From Hemiscyllium ocellatum (lineage: Eukaryota): 64,000 nucleotides of DNA. The position numbers and the translations under genes were made by a program. The stretch is from the NCBI RefSeq assembly GCF_020745735.1, contig NC_083435.1, positions 18,847,231 to 18,911,230 of the forward strand. Reading direction: 5' to 3'. Under the pieces are notes generated by a model. The model had not been told where the DNA came from and made no database searches. It saw nothing but the letters and a program-made list of their open reading frames with translations. Positions 23,880 to 37,549 of this stretch are shown piece by piece (the stretch's first letter is position 1; the number at the start of each line of letters is the position of its first letter).

Positions 23880-24200
23880 CATCTCCCTGGGGTTGGGGAG
23901 TCCAGAACTAGAGGGCATAGGTTTAGGGTGAGAGGGGAAAGATATAAAAGGGACCTAAGGGGCGACTCTTTCACACAGAGGGTGGTACGTGTATGGAATG
24001 AGCTGCCAGAGGATGTGGTGGAGGCTGGTACAATTACAACATTTAAGAGGCATTTGGATGGGTATATGAATAGGAAGGGTTTGGAGGGTCATGGGCCGGG
24101 TGCTGGCAGGTGGGACTAGATTGGGTTGGGATATCTGGGTCAGCATGGACAGGTTGGACCGAAGGGTCTGTTTCCATGATGTACATCTCTATGACTCTAT
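23880..24200 (+). mobile_element. HER1/CR1-type LINE 3' end
   Basis: SRTRGHRFRVRGERYKRDLRG; ctctatgactctatgact tail. Confidence 0.9.
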
Positions 24201-25464
24201 GACTCAATCCCGCTGATCTGTTTAGGGAATATTATGGATGGACCTTGGCCTAACAGCCCCCCTCCAATCACAAAATCACACGCTTATTTCTGTTCAGATC
24301 ACTGAAGTTACAAGATTCATCTATTCCCATGGCCACCCCTTTAATCTGGTTTTCAATCTATTCATTTTAAAGTTAAGGTGAAAACAATCATTTTGGGTTC
24401 AAACTGATAAATGGTACATTCGAATTTGGTTGTACCAAGACTGAACAGGAATTTCGTGTGGGTGAGTCAGACGGCGGGATTAGCCATCAGCCTGGGGTGG
24501 GTTGAGGGTCTAACACAGGAAGCGAGTCTCTGGAGAAAACTCAACCCCACCGACTTATCTCCACAGCTCCCATTCACATACCAGGACGGTAAATGTCAGG
24601 GGAGTGCAGCAAGCTTTAGTCACTAACATCGCCACTAGTTACTGAGTTACTTCAGCCTCAAAGTGAATTGGTCACTTTCTGGGATAAACCGCTCTGAACA
24701 GCCATGAGCATAAACCCTTCAATCCTCATCGGGAGGTGATTAGTCCCTGAGTTTCTGCCATTTAATTTCTGGTATTTTTGAAGCTAAAAGAGGATGGACT
24801 CCCTTAGACACACACATACACACACACACACACAAGGGCCGACACATTCTGGTAAAACTCACGGCCTTGACCAAATCTGAGATCAGGATTCCGGCTCTAT
24901 TTTGTTGTATCTTCTGTCAGGTTATAATCATCCACTGCCTTTAAATCCAAAGGTCAAACAGCCTTCTGCAGCACACAAAGGAGGCCTCTCGGCAGCAGCC
25001 CCTATCCTCCCCGGGTCTCTCTGAAATTGTAACTCATTGTCCCACCCGCCTGCTCTTTTCTGATAGCCCCACATTCTGTTTCTTGTCAACACTGAACACA
25101 ATTCCCTTTAGAAAGTTATTTATTGAAGATGAGGTGTCTATCCTTTGGGACAGTGCATTCCAGATCACAGCCACTCACTGCCTTAAAAACCTTCCCTCAT
25201 TTTCCTCTCTGTTCCTTTGGGTTATTTACCTCAATCTGTCTCTTTTGTACAGTTCTATTCACTGATGCTATTAACACAAAACTTGTCTCTGTTGAACTTC
25301 CTCTTAACATTTTCTGCCAGAACGTATCAGCTTTTTCCAGTTCCCCTTATAATTGAAACTTTTAGGGTTGACCTAATTTTGGAAATTCCCACTGCCCATT
25401 TTCCAAGGCCTTGCTGCCCTTTCCATAGTTTGTCCAAAAACAGGTACACAATGTTCTAGCTCAG

Positions 25465-25757
25465 GGGTGGCACAGTGGCTCAGCAGTTAGCACTGCTGCC
25501 TCGCAGCGCCAGGGACCCAGGTTCGGTTTCAGTCTCGGGCAACTGTCTGTGTGGAGTTTGCACATTCTCTCTGTGTCTGCGTGGGTTTCCTCCCACAGTC
25601 CAAAGCTGTGCGGGTCAGGTGAACTGGCCATGCTAAAATTGCCCAGTATTAGTAGGGAGTAGGTGAATGGGTCTGGGTGGGTTACTCTTCGGAAGGTCAG
25701 TGTGGACATGTTGGTCCGAAGGGCCTGTTTTCGCACTGTAGGGAGTCTAATCTAATT
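25465..25757 (+). mobile_element. HE1-type SINE, full length
   Basis: tggctcagcag A-box-like and ggttcggttt B-box-like motifs; tctaatctaat tail. Confidence 0.9.
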
Positions 25758-26854
25758 AATAAAGTGTTACAAATCTTCCATTGTTTGCAGAGTTGGTTCA
25801 CTGATCAATATACTGAGAATGTAGTTCCATCTGAAGTAAAATGGTGAGATGTAGAATCTCACTCTCCCAAGTGGGACAGAATAGCCAACGTAACATCATC
25901 AGAAAGCAGGGTGGCAGAGGCAGGGACAAATTAAATAATCATCCACAAACTATTAATTCCCCACATAATAATAGGATGAGAATTCTTAACTCAGATTAAT
26001 AATAATTTTGTTGATAAGAACACCAGTTATGGAAATGTGAACAATAATAATAAAAATAACAATGAAAGTTTTCAGCAGAGAGACGACATGCTAATGCTCT
26101 GAAGTAGTGACCTGGTTCTTTTCACTTATCTAGTTCCTATAACCAACCCCCCTTTGCTCTTGCAATCTCCTCTGCCATCTTTTAGTATTGTGACAAATTG
26201 CATGAATGAATAAGTATTACATATATATGTAATTATTCAATAACTAGACATGAATATGAACTATATAATGTGCATATGAACGTACAATGAAGTGACTATA
26301 TAATGAGAATTAAGCAGAGTATAATACATAGATGCGGTATTATGATGGAGACCAACCTAATGGAGGGAAACCCTTTTGTGTCTTGTCATTGAACTTGCAT
26401 TGGGTGAAAGTATAACGGGTCAATATTAGGGACTAGAGAAGGAATTAATTTTATCCATCTTATATTTAGTTATGCAAGTTAAAATGCTAAGGTTAAGAGC
26501 CTTCAGAATTTTAGGAAATCTACACCATCAAGAGAAAGCTATAAATTAAAACAAGGTTATTTATTTAATCTGTATTTAAGTTTAAAAACTACAGAAAGTG
26601 GAAGATTCTCTTTATTAATATTGACAGAAGTGTAAATAATTAATTAGAAACTTTTAGTTTTAATTTTAATTTGACAGCAACAATTTAGAATATAGAAATC
26701 AGACAAAAATTGATGAAGTATATATTTCTGCTAAATCAAATCTCAGGTTAAATTAATGTAGTGAAATAATAGTTAATGGCAGTGTTTGATCTTACTAAAT
26801 TGGTAAATTGAATTAAACTTTACATGTTGCATAAATACGGAGAAGAAATCAGCA

Positions 26855-26920
26855 TTAGCCGATATTTGATACTTTAGGCTTGTTATTTTTATTTTTCTGT
26901 GTTTCACTGTGAAAACTTAG
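26855..26920 (+). pseudogene. Dead duplicate of the gene A TM exon
   Basis: LADI*YFRLVIFIFLCFTVKT* versus IAKIRYASLVVILIFLCFTVKTQ at about 30881-30949; shared ctgtgtttcactgtgaaaac; AG acceptor absent. Confidence 0.65.
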
Positions 26921-27269
26921 TCTTCCCTTTTCTAGAGTATAGACGATGGAATTTATGCTATTCCCTAATACTATTGTAATGTCTTTCCAAACATATTACA
27001 ATGTCCTGGAAGTCTTTTGATCACCTTTGCTTGTGATTCTGTATAGTTTGCAGAGTGAAGATGACATAGCACAGTCTTAAGAATGTGAGCAAACAATTCT
27101 ATATACACTTGACATAAAATTCTAATTATGAATTCTATTCTTCTAGATACAAACACTACTGGATGTTGTTTCACAGTTCTGCATCTTTGCTAAGCAGCAT
27201 TATTGGCTTTAATGATTCTTTTTTCATCTTTTCTTCTCAATACCTTTGCTTCTTTATCCTACATAAACA

Positions 27270-27970
27270 TTTGTTTTCCAAGAAGTGTTGTAGAACAGAG
27301 AAATCGAGGGGTTCAGATATGTAATTCTTTGAAATTTGTACCACATGTAGACAAGGTGGTTAAGAGGGCATTTCACACACTGGCCTTCGTTACTCAGACC
27401 TTTGAATATCAGAGTTGGAACTTCTTATTGAGGTTGTACAGTATGTTGGTGAGACCTATTCTGCAGTATTGTGTCTAGTTCTATTATATTATAACATGTC
27501 TATTATAGGAAGGGCATTGTTAAACTGGAGAGAGCTCAGAAAAGATTTACCAGGATGTTGTCAGGATTGTAGGGTTTTTAGTTATAAGAAGAGACTTTTT
27601 TCACTGGAGTGAAGGAGGCTGATTGGTGACATTGTCGAGGTGTATAAAATTATAAGAGGCTCAGATCAGGTGAATAGCCAAGGCATTTTTCCTAAGGTGG
27701 TGAATTCAAGATGAGGAGGCATATTTTTAAGGTGAGAGGAGAAAGATTTAAAATGGGTATGGGAGCAACCTTTTTAGATAGAGAGTGGTTAGTGTGTGGA
27801 ATGAACTGCCAGAGGAAGTGATGGATGCAGGTACAGTTACAACATTTAAAACACATTTGGATAAATACATGGATAGGGAAGGTTTGGAGGGATATAGCCA
27901 AACACAGACAGGTGGGACTAGTTTAGTTTGGGAACATAGAAGGATCTGTTTCCATGCTGTATGACTCTAA
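27270..27970 (+). mobile_element. HER1/CR1-type LINE 3' fragment
   Basis: VDKVVKRAFHTLAF...LYSMLVRPILQYCV; ctgtatgactcta tail. Confidence 0.85.
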
Positions 27971-29873
27971 GTCCATGATCCTCTGATTCTTCTAAACAAA
28001 ATGGAGTACCACACCTCATACCTATAGTATGCCATTTCCATGTAAATTCTGCAAGTTTATTGATATCATGTTGTATTTTGGCCAGCGCCTCCAATTTGCG
28101 GCATTCCATAAACGTCAGATTCCCAAGTCCAAATCATTTAAGGGAATGGTCCCAGAACAGGTTCCTAAGGGACACAGTGTATTGTTAAGGAAGATTGAAC
28201 CGAGGTGGGTAAATGGAATTAAAATATGGACTAGTATAATTGAATGGTCAAACAGGCTCCAGGGCCTGAATAACCTACTCCTTGTCCTACGTTCAAAAGC
28301 CTTTTGCTTAATCCAAAATTACAGGAGACACCCAGTGGCAACTCTGTTATCTGATATCAAGACTAAAATTTGGCAACTTTGGGTCTAAGGCTACAATTCG
28401 GTTTGAAGTGTATCTTTCAGCAAACAGGAAGCAATTTTGCAATTCTGAGGTCAGCCACAGATCAAAACAAGATCAGTTTGTAAGCCTATGGAAGCATTTC
28501 AACTGGACCACATCAGTTTCCCTGACGAAAGATTTGAAAAGCATTAATGTTGATTTTTTTTCTTCCGTGCCGAGATTGGCTGACTCTTCCTCCCGACAAA
28601 ACACGAATGGAAATAATTGAACTGAATCTGTAAAATGAAGTATCATTTTTAAGCCCTAAGTTTTCATAATGTCCTGTCCACGTTTAATTTCTTTGCTCTA
28701 ATCATCAGGTAATTGTACAATTAGTGTACACAAAATGTGTTTTTGACCAGTCATTTGGATTTTGAATGAGTTGCAAGAGTAACATAACATTAGTGGAAAG
28801 ATGGTTTGATCGAAATATATTGAAATTCATATCTGTTATGTACATTGGAACATCTCAAAATCTATTCTTCAACAGCTGTTCTTGTCAACTTATCAACTTG
28901 CCTTTTGTTTTGGTAATTGTTGACTTTGGGAAAAAAGAAATATCTGCAATGAAAGAAATGTTGAGTGGAAAAGTCTGAAATCTGTTTTCGGCGAGCTTAG
29001 GAATAGGCGAATGACCTCTTTCTGTCCATGTAACTTGAACTGAAACCACAATTTGGCAAGCCAAAGTCAAGGTCTTCTTTCCATTTCATGAGATATGAGC
29101 CTGGCATCTCTGGCCTCAGCCAGCATTTATTGTCCATCCCATTGTCTTTGAGTGGCCTCGTTGAATTTCTGCAGTCCATGTGGTGTAAGCACACTGAAAA
29201 TTTAGTTAAATCACCTCCCCAGAATACACCATCTACAAAACAAAAGTCAGGAATATACTCTCTACTTTACTGTCAGAGCACAGCTTCAACAACATTCAAC
29301 AAGGTTGATGCCATCTGGGACAAGACAGTCTATTTGAACATGACTCCCTTCCAGCACCTTAAGCATTTTCTCCCTGCACTCTGTGTACAGAGACAGCAGG
29401 ATGTACCATCTACAGGATGGACTGCATCACTGCACTAAGCCTCTTTCCAAACCTGCAAACTCCCAACATCGAGAAGATCAAGGCAGATGTATGGGAAAGC
29501 CACCAATTGTCGGATCCTGATTTGGAATTATATGGCTGTTCCTTCACTCACTGGATTGAAATCCTGGAATTCCTCTCTAATAGTCTCACCTTCTGTGCCT
29601 ACACCATATGCACTGTGTTATGACTGTAACAGGAAGAGTATACTGTTCTAAAACCCCACTACTCCACCTACGGTACTGAAAGTGTAGAGTCTTCTTTGAT
29701 CACCAGAAATTGTCATTCTTTCCTCTTCATCACTGCTACCAAGAGCGAAAGAGACTTCAATCAGGTTTCTTCAATAAACTCAAAAATAATACATTTATTG
29801 AAAGCGAATTATATCTTACAATAAGTAGCATCTAAACTGTTGAGCAGACTTAACCTAGATTCCTATTTATCTG

Positions 29874-29875
<2 letters not shown>

Positions 29876-29905
<30 letters not shown>
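29876..29905. repeat. (CA)n microsatellite, within an LTR-like stretch (about 29625-29930)
   Basis: Direct reading; a further (CA)n tract at about 24807-24832. Confidence 0.9.
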
Positions 29906-29907
<2 letters not shown>

Positions 29908-30851
29908 AGACACGCAGAGATGACCCAACTCTGCTGACTTATTATTGGTGACCATAAATAAATGAAAAATGTGCAACACTCCTGTAGATCACGGGTTAAA
30001 GGCCAAAGGTAGAATGGGCTAACCTCATAAATTCAGGGTAAAAGCTCAACCATTTTCGAATAATGTGAGAAGATCTATAGATAGCTATTGAGGTTGGTTC
30101 ATTATGTCTACCCAAGGCTGAGATAGGCAGATTTTTAATTAGTAAAAGAATCAAGGGTTGTGGGAAAAAGGCAGGAAAGTGGAGTTGAGGATTATCAGAT
30201 CCACCATGGCCTTGCTGAATGGTGGAGCAGACTCGCTGGGCTGAATGGCCAACATTTTACACCAATGTCTTACGTCTAAAAGGTTGTAAATACTTAGAAT
30301 TCTCATCCACAGAGAGCTGCGGGTGCTAAGTTGTAGGATATGTTCAAGCCAGAGGTAAATGGATTGTTGGGAATGAATGGGGTTAAAGGATATAGGGGTA
30401 GTGGTGAGAAGTGGAGATAAGATCAGAAATCAGTCATGAGTTTGGGTGGACATCAGAACAATTTCAAAGTGTCAGACAGCCCACTCTGTCTCCCATTTCT
30501 TAATATTAGTGTAAATGATTCCATTTTATTCCTCTGATGTTTAAACCCAAATTATATGTCTAAAATCTACAGAACGTTATAATCTCTGCAGAGTTTGAAG
30601 CAGCCAACTTTTCAGGACAGGTTACAAGGTATATTAAGCTTAAAAGACTAAGATTATCATTGTTCTGAATAACAGTGTAAACAATTTATCTAATTCAGTC
30701 AAGGCAGAAACCTAGAAATGAATTGAAATACTAATGTAGCTGAAGGTCACAAGAACTTCCTTCTGTTCCGAATGAATGTCTTGGAATGAAAAATGAATGT
30801 AAGCAGCGAGCTATTTCAGTGTAATGACCAAATCTTTTTCTTATTGCACAG

Positions 30852-30953
30852 ATACAAACATGAAAAAAACACCAAGAGCCATAGCTAAAATTCGATACGC
30901 TAGCCTTGTTGTTATTTTGATCTTCCTGTGTTTCACTGTGAAAACACAAAGAG
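30852..30953 (+). CDS. Gene A probable transmembrane exon
   Basis: tttttcttattgcacag acceptor; G|GTAAGG donor; phase 1-1; DTNMKKTPRAIAKIRYASLVVILIFLCFTVKTQR. Alternative reading is a leader exon (ATG 30860) of another gene. Confidence 0.6.
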
Positions 30954-32089
30954 GTAAGGGAGCATGTTGTGAGACAGTCTCAGGTACCCTGACACATGCT
31001 GGCGCTGCATTTATTATTGGAGCACTGATGAAAAATGTTCATCTGTAAGTCAGGGGAACTGATGAAGGATATTTTTCCTCTGTTCCAAGCAAGTTCAGTT
31101 CAGCAATGTGGAAATAAATTGATTTTGTTTTGTTGTTCCTTGTTTGCTTTGGTAATATTGTCCACTTTGTTTCCAATCTTTTGTTGCCTTTTATCAAAAT
31201 TACTGCCCAGTACAGCTGGGATGTTATCCTAATTGGCGGGGATTGAGTGAAAGAGCTGCTTTATGCCTTTGTGGTGCAGTGGTAGTGTCCATGCTTTTGA
31301 GCCAGGGGATCCGTTCAAACCTCACCTGCTCTAGAAGTGTGTAATAGCACCTGAACAGATTTATTAAAATAAGTACAAGAGCATAAAAGAAACAATATAA
31401 GCAAGCTGGGACATTTGCTGAATCATAATTGCCTATGATATTGTTTGTGATCATACAAAAAAGAAAATCCTAACTTATAACATAGCTAACACACACATCC
31501 ACTGTAGCTGAGTGAAATTCAGTCAAATAAATCACCTGTGAAAATGAAACAGTGATATGAGATCTGTAACTGCTACATCATTCCAACCTTTATTAAACTG
31601 CAGGATCATCTTATTACAGAAGTATTGATGTAAACGGTGTATTGTGTTGGCAATGATTGACCAATCCCCAGGGAAGATTAACAGAGATTTTTCTCCTTTA
31701 GGCTGTAATCGAATACAGAAACAAACAGTAAAGAAAAAGATTGCTCAGGGTGGTTGGGTAAGTGAAATATTCTGTGGAAAGTTAAGAGTATTGTTTAATT
31801 TTCACAGAATTATTATGGTACCGAAGGAGGCTATTTGGCCAAGTATGCTTCACCAGCTCTATTATCTTGTGCAAATCACCTTTTCTCTTCCCCCATAACG
31901 CTTACCTTTTGGGCTGTAGCTCCTGCAGTAGATTTACTTTCAATGTGCAATTGTGAAACTACATGGTGATCAATAAATCTGATTGCAAGGGGAATAACCA
32001 ATTGAATGTAAGATTGCTATTGGGAACTGCTTGCATCACTCTGAGCTTTGTTTTTAAAAAAATACATTTGCTTTTTCTTTATTCATGGG

Positions 32090-32560
32090 CTGTGAATGTG
32101 CAGGCTGGGATAATTTGTTGGCCGTCCCTTCAGGAGGTGCTGCAGAGCTACCTTCTTGAAATACTGAACTCCATTTGCTTCAGGTAAACCTAGAATGTCA
32201 TTATGGAGGGAGGTCCAGGATGTAGGCCCAGGGACACCAGAGAAGTTGTGAGATATTTCCAAGTCAGGATGGTGATCAGTTTGGCAAGGAACGTGCAGGT
32301 GATAGTGTTTCAGTGTATTTACTGCTCTTATCCTTCTAGATGATAGTAGTCATGGATTTGGAAGGTTCTATCTAAGGAGCCTTCATGTATTTCTGCTGTT
32401 GCGCACTGAGTATTGATGGTAGAAAGAGTGAATGTGGTGTCAATCAAGCAGCTGCTTTGTCCAGGATGGTGTCATGATTCTTGAGTGTTGTTGGAGCTGA
32501 AAGCATCCAGGCAAGCGGGGAGTATTCTATCACACTCATGACTTGTGCTATGTAGAAGGT
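32090..32560 (-). mobile_element. L2-like LINE 3' remnant
   Basis: gcaggctggg...gggaggtccaggatgt...gatggtgtcatgattcttgagtgttgttggagctg. Confidence 0.45.
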
Positions 32561-33652
32561 GGTGAGTTTTTGGGGATTGATGTGGTGAGTTCAATGCTGC
32601 AGCATTCCAAGTCAGTTGTAGTCCTCCGAATGTTAATAGTTAGGAATACAGTGATAATAATGCCATTGAATATCAATGGGCAAAGGTTCAATTCGAAGAA
32701 AAGTACAGCACAGGAACAGGCCCTTTGGCCTTCCAAGCCTGCACTGATCCCGATCCTCTATCTTACTGGAAATGCTCATCACCTGCCATTTTGCATGGTG
32801 TGAAGTGTTATTTGCCACCTGTCAGCTCAAACCTGGATATTGTCCAGATCTTGCTGCATTTGGACATGGACTGCGTCAGTGTCTGAGGATTTATGAACAT
32901 TACTGAACATTGTGCAATTGCAAGCAAACACAATGGAGGGTAAGTCATTGGTGGAGCAGCTGAAGACAGCTGGGCCTGGGACACTGCCCTGACAAACTCT
33001 AGGAGTACCAGTGAGAACCTGAGATGATTAGATTTCAACTGCATCTTTGTGCAAAAAATGGCTCCATCCAGTGGAGGTTTTCTTTGTTTTCCATTGACTC
33101 CAGTTTGACTTTCTCAGCTGTTAAAGCCCTTAGACAGTTGTCCTGAGACCTGAATATCGAGAAGAATATGTTAATACCCTGTGATTTCTGCATGACAGTA
33201 CTGCAGGAGCCATCCATTACAACAGGCTGGTATCCAAACCTTTCAGTAACTGGAATAAAACAAGTCTGCATCATTGCACCATCTCTGTTTACGGACAGCA
33301 GAACCAAAACATCCTTCCAGCCTCTGATGTCACAACACAGTTAAATTAAACCATCAAACATCCCCAAATATTCACTCCAAAGATCTTAATTAGACTTTTG
33401 AATAATCAATCCTAGACTTCGTGAATAATTCATTTCCAGACACTGGTCTTGTATCTTAGCCAAAAGACTAAACTCCTTATTAAATACACAGTAGCTTTAG
33501 CAGAGAGAAAATGAGACAGCATCATAATCTGATCAATGCCTGTGCTTAAGACCCGGAACAGTTGTTTTAAGCCCCCATTCACAAAAAAGATTGTCAAAAA
33601 AAAGTTAAGGCATAAATGAAAGAAAATAGCAAAACTGGCCAGATTGCTTTCA

Positions 33653-33889
33653 TAGGAGAAAGTGAGGACTGCAGAACTGGAGGACCAGAGTTGAAAAATG
33701 TGGTGCTGGAAAAACACAGCAGGCCAGGCAGCATCCGAGGAGCAGGAGAATCGACATTTCGGGCATAAGCCCTTCTTCAAGAATGAGGCTCATTCCTGAA
33801 GAAGGGCTTATGCCCAAAACATCGATTTTCCTGCTTCTCGGATGCTGCCTGGCCTGCTGTGTTTTTCCAGCAGCACATTTTTCAACTAG
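33653..33889. mobile_element. Palindromic Penelope-derived element (family B), two opposed hammerheads
   Basis: Arms 33690-33787 and 33789-33886 with a 1-nt spacer; candidate TSD gattgctttca 33642-33652 and gattcctttca 33890-33900. Confidence 0.85.
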
Positions 33890-36007
33890 GATTCCTTTCA
33901 CAATGCATTGTCTCACAGGCATCAATATGGACTCCATTGTTGCTTTTTGAAAAGATGATCAGGGTCACCTTCTCAGTTCACTATTTCTTACTCAGCTTTC
34001 TACTCTTTAGGCTTCTGGTGGCAGAATAAGTTGGGAATTTCAAATGTTCCAGCTATCCCAATAGCAACCAGAAACCATCTATTAGAAAACATACTTCAAA
34101 CAAAAAACAACTTCAGTACTGATTCCATCTGGACTAACTGATAAATTATTTCTAAGTCCTCACTTGCCATTAAACAACTGCTATCTGTTTGGAAATAAGG
34201 TTCCTTCCAGACTTGCTGGAACCAATTCCCAAATACTGACCTCATCAATAGGCAATGTCTGCTATCTGTTTGAACGTAATGCTCCTCCCATGTGCTGCAT
34301 CTGTTAGAACTTTTCTAATGAAGGCTGTGCCTGCAATTGACCACAAAACTTGGCCTTGCAAACAAACAAAACTTGATTGGTCTGTTCTTCCCCACTAAAC
34401 ACAAGTTGTCCCAAGATCCATGGATTATTTCTAGCTCACAATCCTAAATTGATAAAGGAATAAAAAATAAAATTGATTGAAAGTTAGTGAGGGACTAATA
34501 CTGGTCATTGAAGTTCTTCAGAACCAACTTCTCCAACAGGCCATGATTGAGTTTTGACTCAACGGAAAATCTTCAATCTCAAAAGGCTGAGATTCATGAC
34601 TAAGATGACCCTTGAGCATGTTCATGATGTATTATACCCTAACAACTGCATAACAGAGACCCACACTGCCAGCGATGCTGACTGCCCTCAACTTATTTAG
34701 CTCTAAGTACAAAAAAGATGGTCTCTTACACAACACTAGCAAGACCAAGTTCTTTCACCAATCCTCCCCTCTAATTCCAGCCATTACTTTTCAAAAGTGG
34801 GGGGGGGGGGGGGGGGCTACAGAAATCATTGGACGCTGGTCTATTTGAGCTTTCTCAAAGATCTCTGTTGAGAAAGCGGCCCATTGCAGAATGGACTGTT
34901 CCGGTGTAACCTTCAATTTTATACAATGTGGCTAAAGTATCTAGCTAATTGGAGATGCAAGGTGAGAACTTCCTAACTGGCATATGGTTAATTACTTCAT
35001 TTATCTTTACACAGTAGAAAGGTGCCGATTTCAGATTGTCTCACTTGTTTGTGAAATCCTTCTGACTTTTTGTTTGTCCACAGAAAAACAGCTTGCAGTT
35101 ACATTGAACTTTAAATTTTGGGATAATGCTTGTGAGCAAATATTTTCTTCACCCTTCCTCCCAGACAACTGAATGTTTCATTCTTTTGCACTTAAGTAAT
35201 TACAATATATGTTCCAGTTGGTATTGAGTGCCAGTTCTGCCAAGTTTTAATTTTTATTTCCTTTCAATATTTACTCAAAACCCCAGGGACGCTGTGAAAT
35301 GTGAAGATATCAACTAATCTCAAAACATGAAAGTAATGGACAGGAAACACAAGTGACCACTTGAAGTGACTAATTACGCTTCATGCAGAATGTGAGCAGA
35401 AAAAGAGACATCCTGTTCAAACTGACCTCCACCTCTGCAACAGGATTGTCAATAATGATCTCACCTTAATATCCTTCCCAGTCTTTCATTATAACTTGCA
35501 GTTCAGGAGAAATTCGAGTCAAACCTGGAAATAAAGATTAAAAACTGGAACCACCTTATTTCAATGGCAGCTGGGATGTACATTACATAAACCTTGAAGA
35601 GTTAACTACCTTATGCTCTGGACAGGAAGAGCTCAGACACTAAGTTGATGAGGTTTATGTAGGCCAACGACGCTGACACCTTTGTTTCCATTGGTCAGAA
35701 AGTTAGAATGCTTTATCACTTGTCAATGGCACACACAACTAAAAATAACACAATTAATACTATTTCCAATCCCCTGACCTGATTTAAGTTCCCTGTAATG
35801 TTGCCTACAGTCAGTTGCTGAATGCAAGGTAATCAGAGTTGGGACAGACAGAACTAACCAGTTCTATGTTGTCACAGTATACAACTATTTGATAGTTCAC
35901 ACTGGGGCATTTCCAATCTGAATGTTTACACAGTCAACTTCAAGTCAAATGTTGAGTTTATAAATACAACAATAGGAAGTGTGGCCACATATAGGATTTT
36001 GATTATT

Positions 36008-36235
36008 TAGATTTTTAGATTGAGATTTTGAATCCCTACAGTGTGGAAACAGGCCCTTCAGCCCAACAAGTCCACACCGACCCTCTGAAGAGCAACTCAC
36101 CCAGACCCATTCCCCTAACACTACATTAGGACAATTTAGCATGGCCGATTCACCTAACCTGCAAATCTTTGGACTGTGGAAGGAAACCGGAGCACTCGGA
36201 GGAAACCCATGCAGGCACAGGGAGAATGTGCAAAC
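36008..36235 (-). mobile_element. HE1-type SINE 3' part
   Basis: ccctacagtgtggaaacaggcccttcagcc...ggagaatgtgcaaact. Confidence 0.85.
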
Positions 36236-36249
36236 TCTAAATTATACTT

Positions 36250-36800
36250 GCATCAAAAACTTCATACATGCACAAACAAAGATCAAGCTAGGACCAAGCT
36301 GATGGTTTCTGGGTTCTCAGCACCTTGTCGCCTGGCTGTGAAATGTGGATTGCAGACAACTATCAAGAAGCTTGACAATTTCCAGCTTTATTGCCCATGG
36401 GGATACTGAGTGTATCCTGATAGAGCCAAAATCACACAGGCAGCATTTGTCTCAAAGGCAGAACTTGCAGGCTCATTAAAGAGAGGTCAGAGCTCACTCA
36501 ACAGAGGCCGCTGCGTTGGCTTGCACACACCAGCAGAGTTGAAAGAGGTCACACGTTTCTGTACGGTGAGGTGACTGGAACCAGATGATGAGTACGACAG
36601 AGGAAAGCTCAGCTTCCACGTTGCGTGCAAGGATGGCATGAAGGCCCAAGTTACTGGATGTCATTAGCTGGAGACAGAGGAAAAAGGGCAATACCTCTTT
36701 TGGACCAGCATGCACCTCGTTGCATAGCAACAGAAGCCGATGCTGTAAGCAACCCACAATTACAATGGGTGGCTTCACATATAGTATGTGAGGCAGAACC
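36250..36800 (+). mobile_element. Degenerate RTE-like LINE C-terminal region
   Basis: ggctgtgaaatgtgg (GCEMW), then aagcttgacaatttccag (KLDNFQ); resembles the RTE ORF end. Confidence 0.4.
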
Positions 36801-36829
36801 TGCCTTTTAAGGATTGGCCTAGAAGAAAG

Positions 36830-37400
36830 AACAAAGAAACTTTACAGCCCAAGAACAGGCCCTTCAGCCCTCCAACCCTGAGCCGATCCAAATCTACTGT
36901 CTAAAGCTGTCGCCCAATTCCTAAGCATCTGTATCTGCCTGCTCCCCACCTACTCATGCATCTGTCCAGACTCACCTTAAATGAATTTACTGTGCCTGCC
37001 TCTTCCACCTCTGCTGGCAACACGTCCCAGGCACCTCCCACCCTCTGTGTGAAGTACTTGCCATTTGTATCCCCTTAAACTTTTCACCGCTCACCTTGAA
37101 AGCGTGACCTCTCGTTATTGATTCCTTCACCCTGGAAAAAAGCTTGTCTCTATCTGCCCTCCCCATACCCTTCATGATTGTGTAAACCTCAATCAGGTCC
37201 CCCCCTCAATCTCTAATGAAAACAATCCTAACCTACTCAACCTCTCTTCATAGCGAGCACCTTCCATCCCAGGCAACATCCTCATTAACCTTCTCTGCAC
37301 CCTCTCCAAAGCGTCCACATCCTTTTGCTAATGTGGTGACCAGAACCGTACACAGTATTCGGAGTGTAGCCAAACCAATGTTTTGTACAATTTTAACGTG
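36830..37400 (-). mobile_element. CR1-type LINE 3' fragment (third subfamily)
   Basis: ORF 36987 RADRDKLFSRVKESITRGHAFKVSG; aaagaacaaagaa tail. Confidence 0.85.
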
Positions 37401-37549
37401 ACCTGCTAGCTCTTAACCTGGCCTGTTCAACCATCGGCGAAAGTGCCCGACATGAAGACATCTCATCTGGGATGGATTGGTTGTTGTGTGTCCATTGCTG
37501 TTCACAGGCAGAAGGATGTCAATCAAATAAAAAATGAAGTTATAATTTC

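Noticed and set aside
25465-25550. tRNA-like A/B boxes
   Set aside because: Head of an HE1 SINE, not a tRNA gene
34798-34816. Poly-G/poly-C runs (also about 49413 and 54441) as G-quadruplex elements
   Set aside because: Homopolymers of unreliable length with no further context
35084-35131. Possible extra phase 1-1 cytoplasmic exon of gene A (EKQLAVTLNFKFWDNA)
   Set aside because: Plausible splice sites but no motif support; needs RNA-seq
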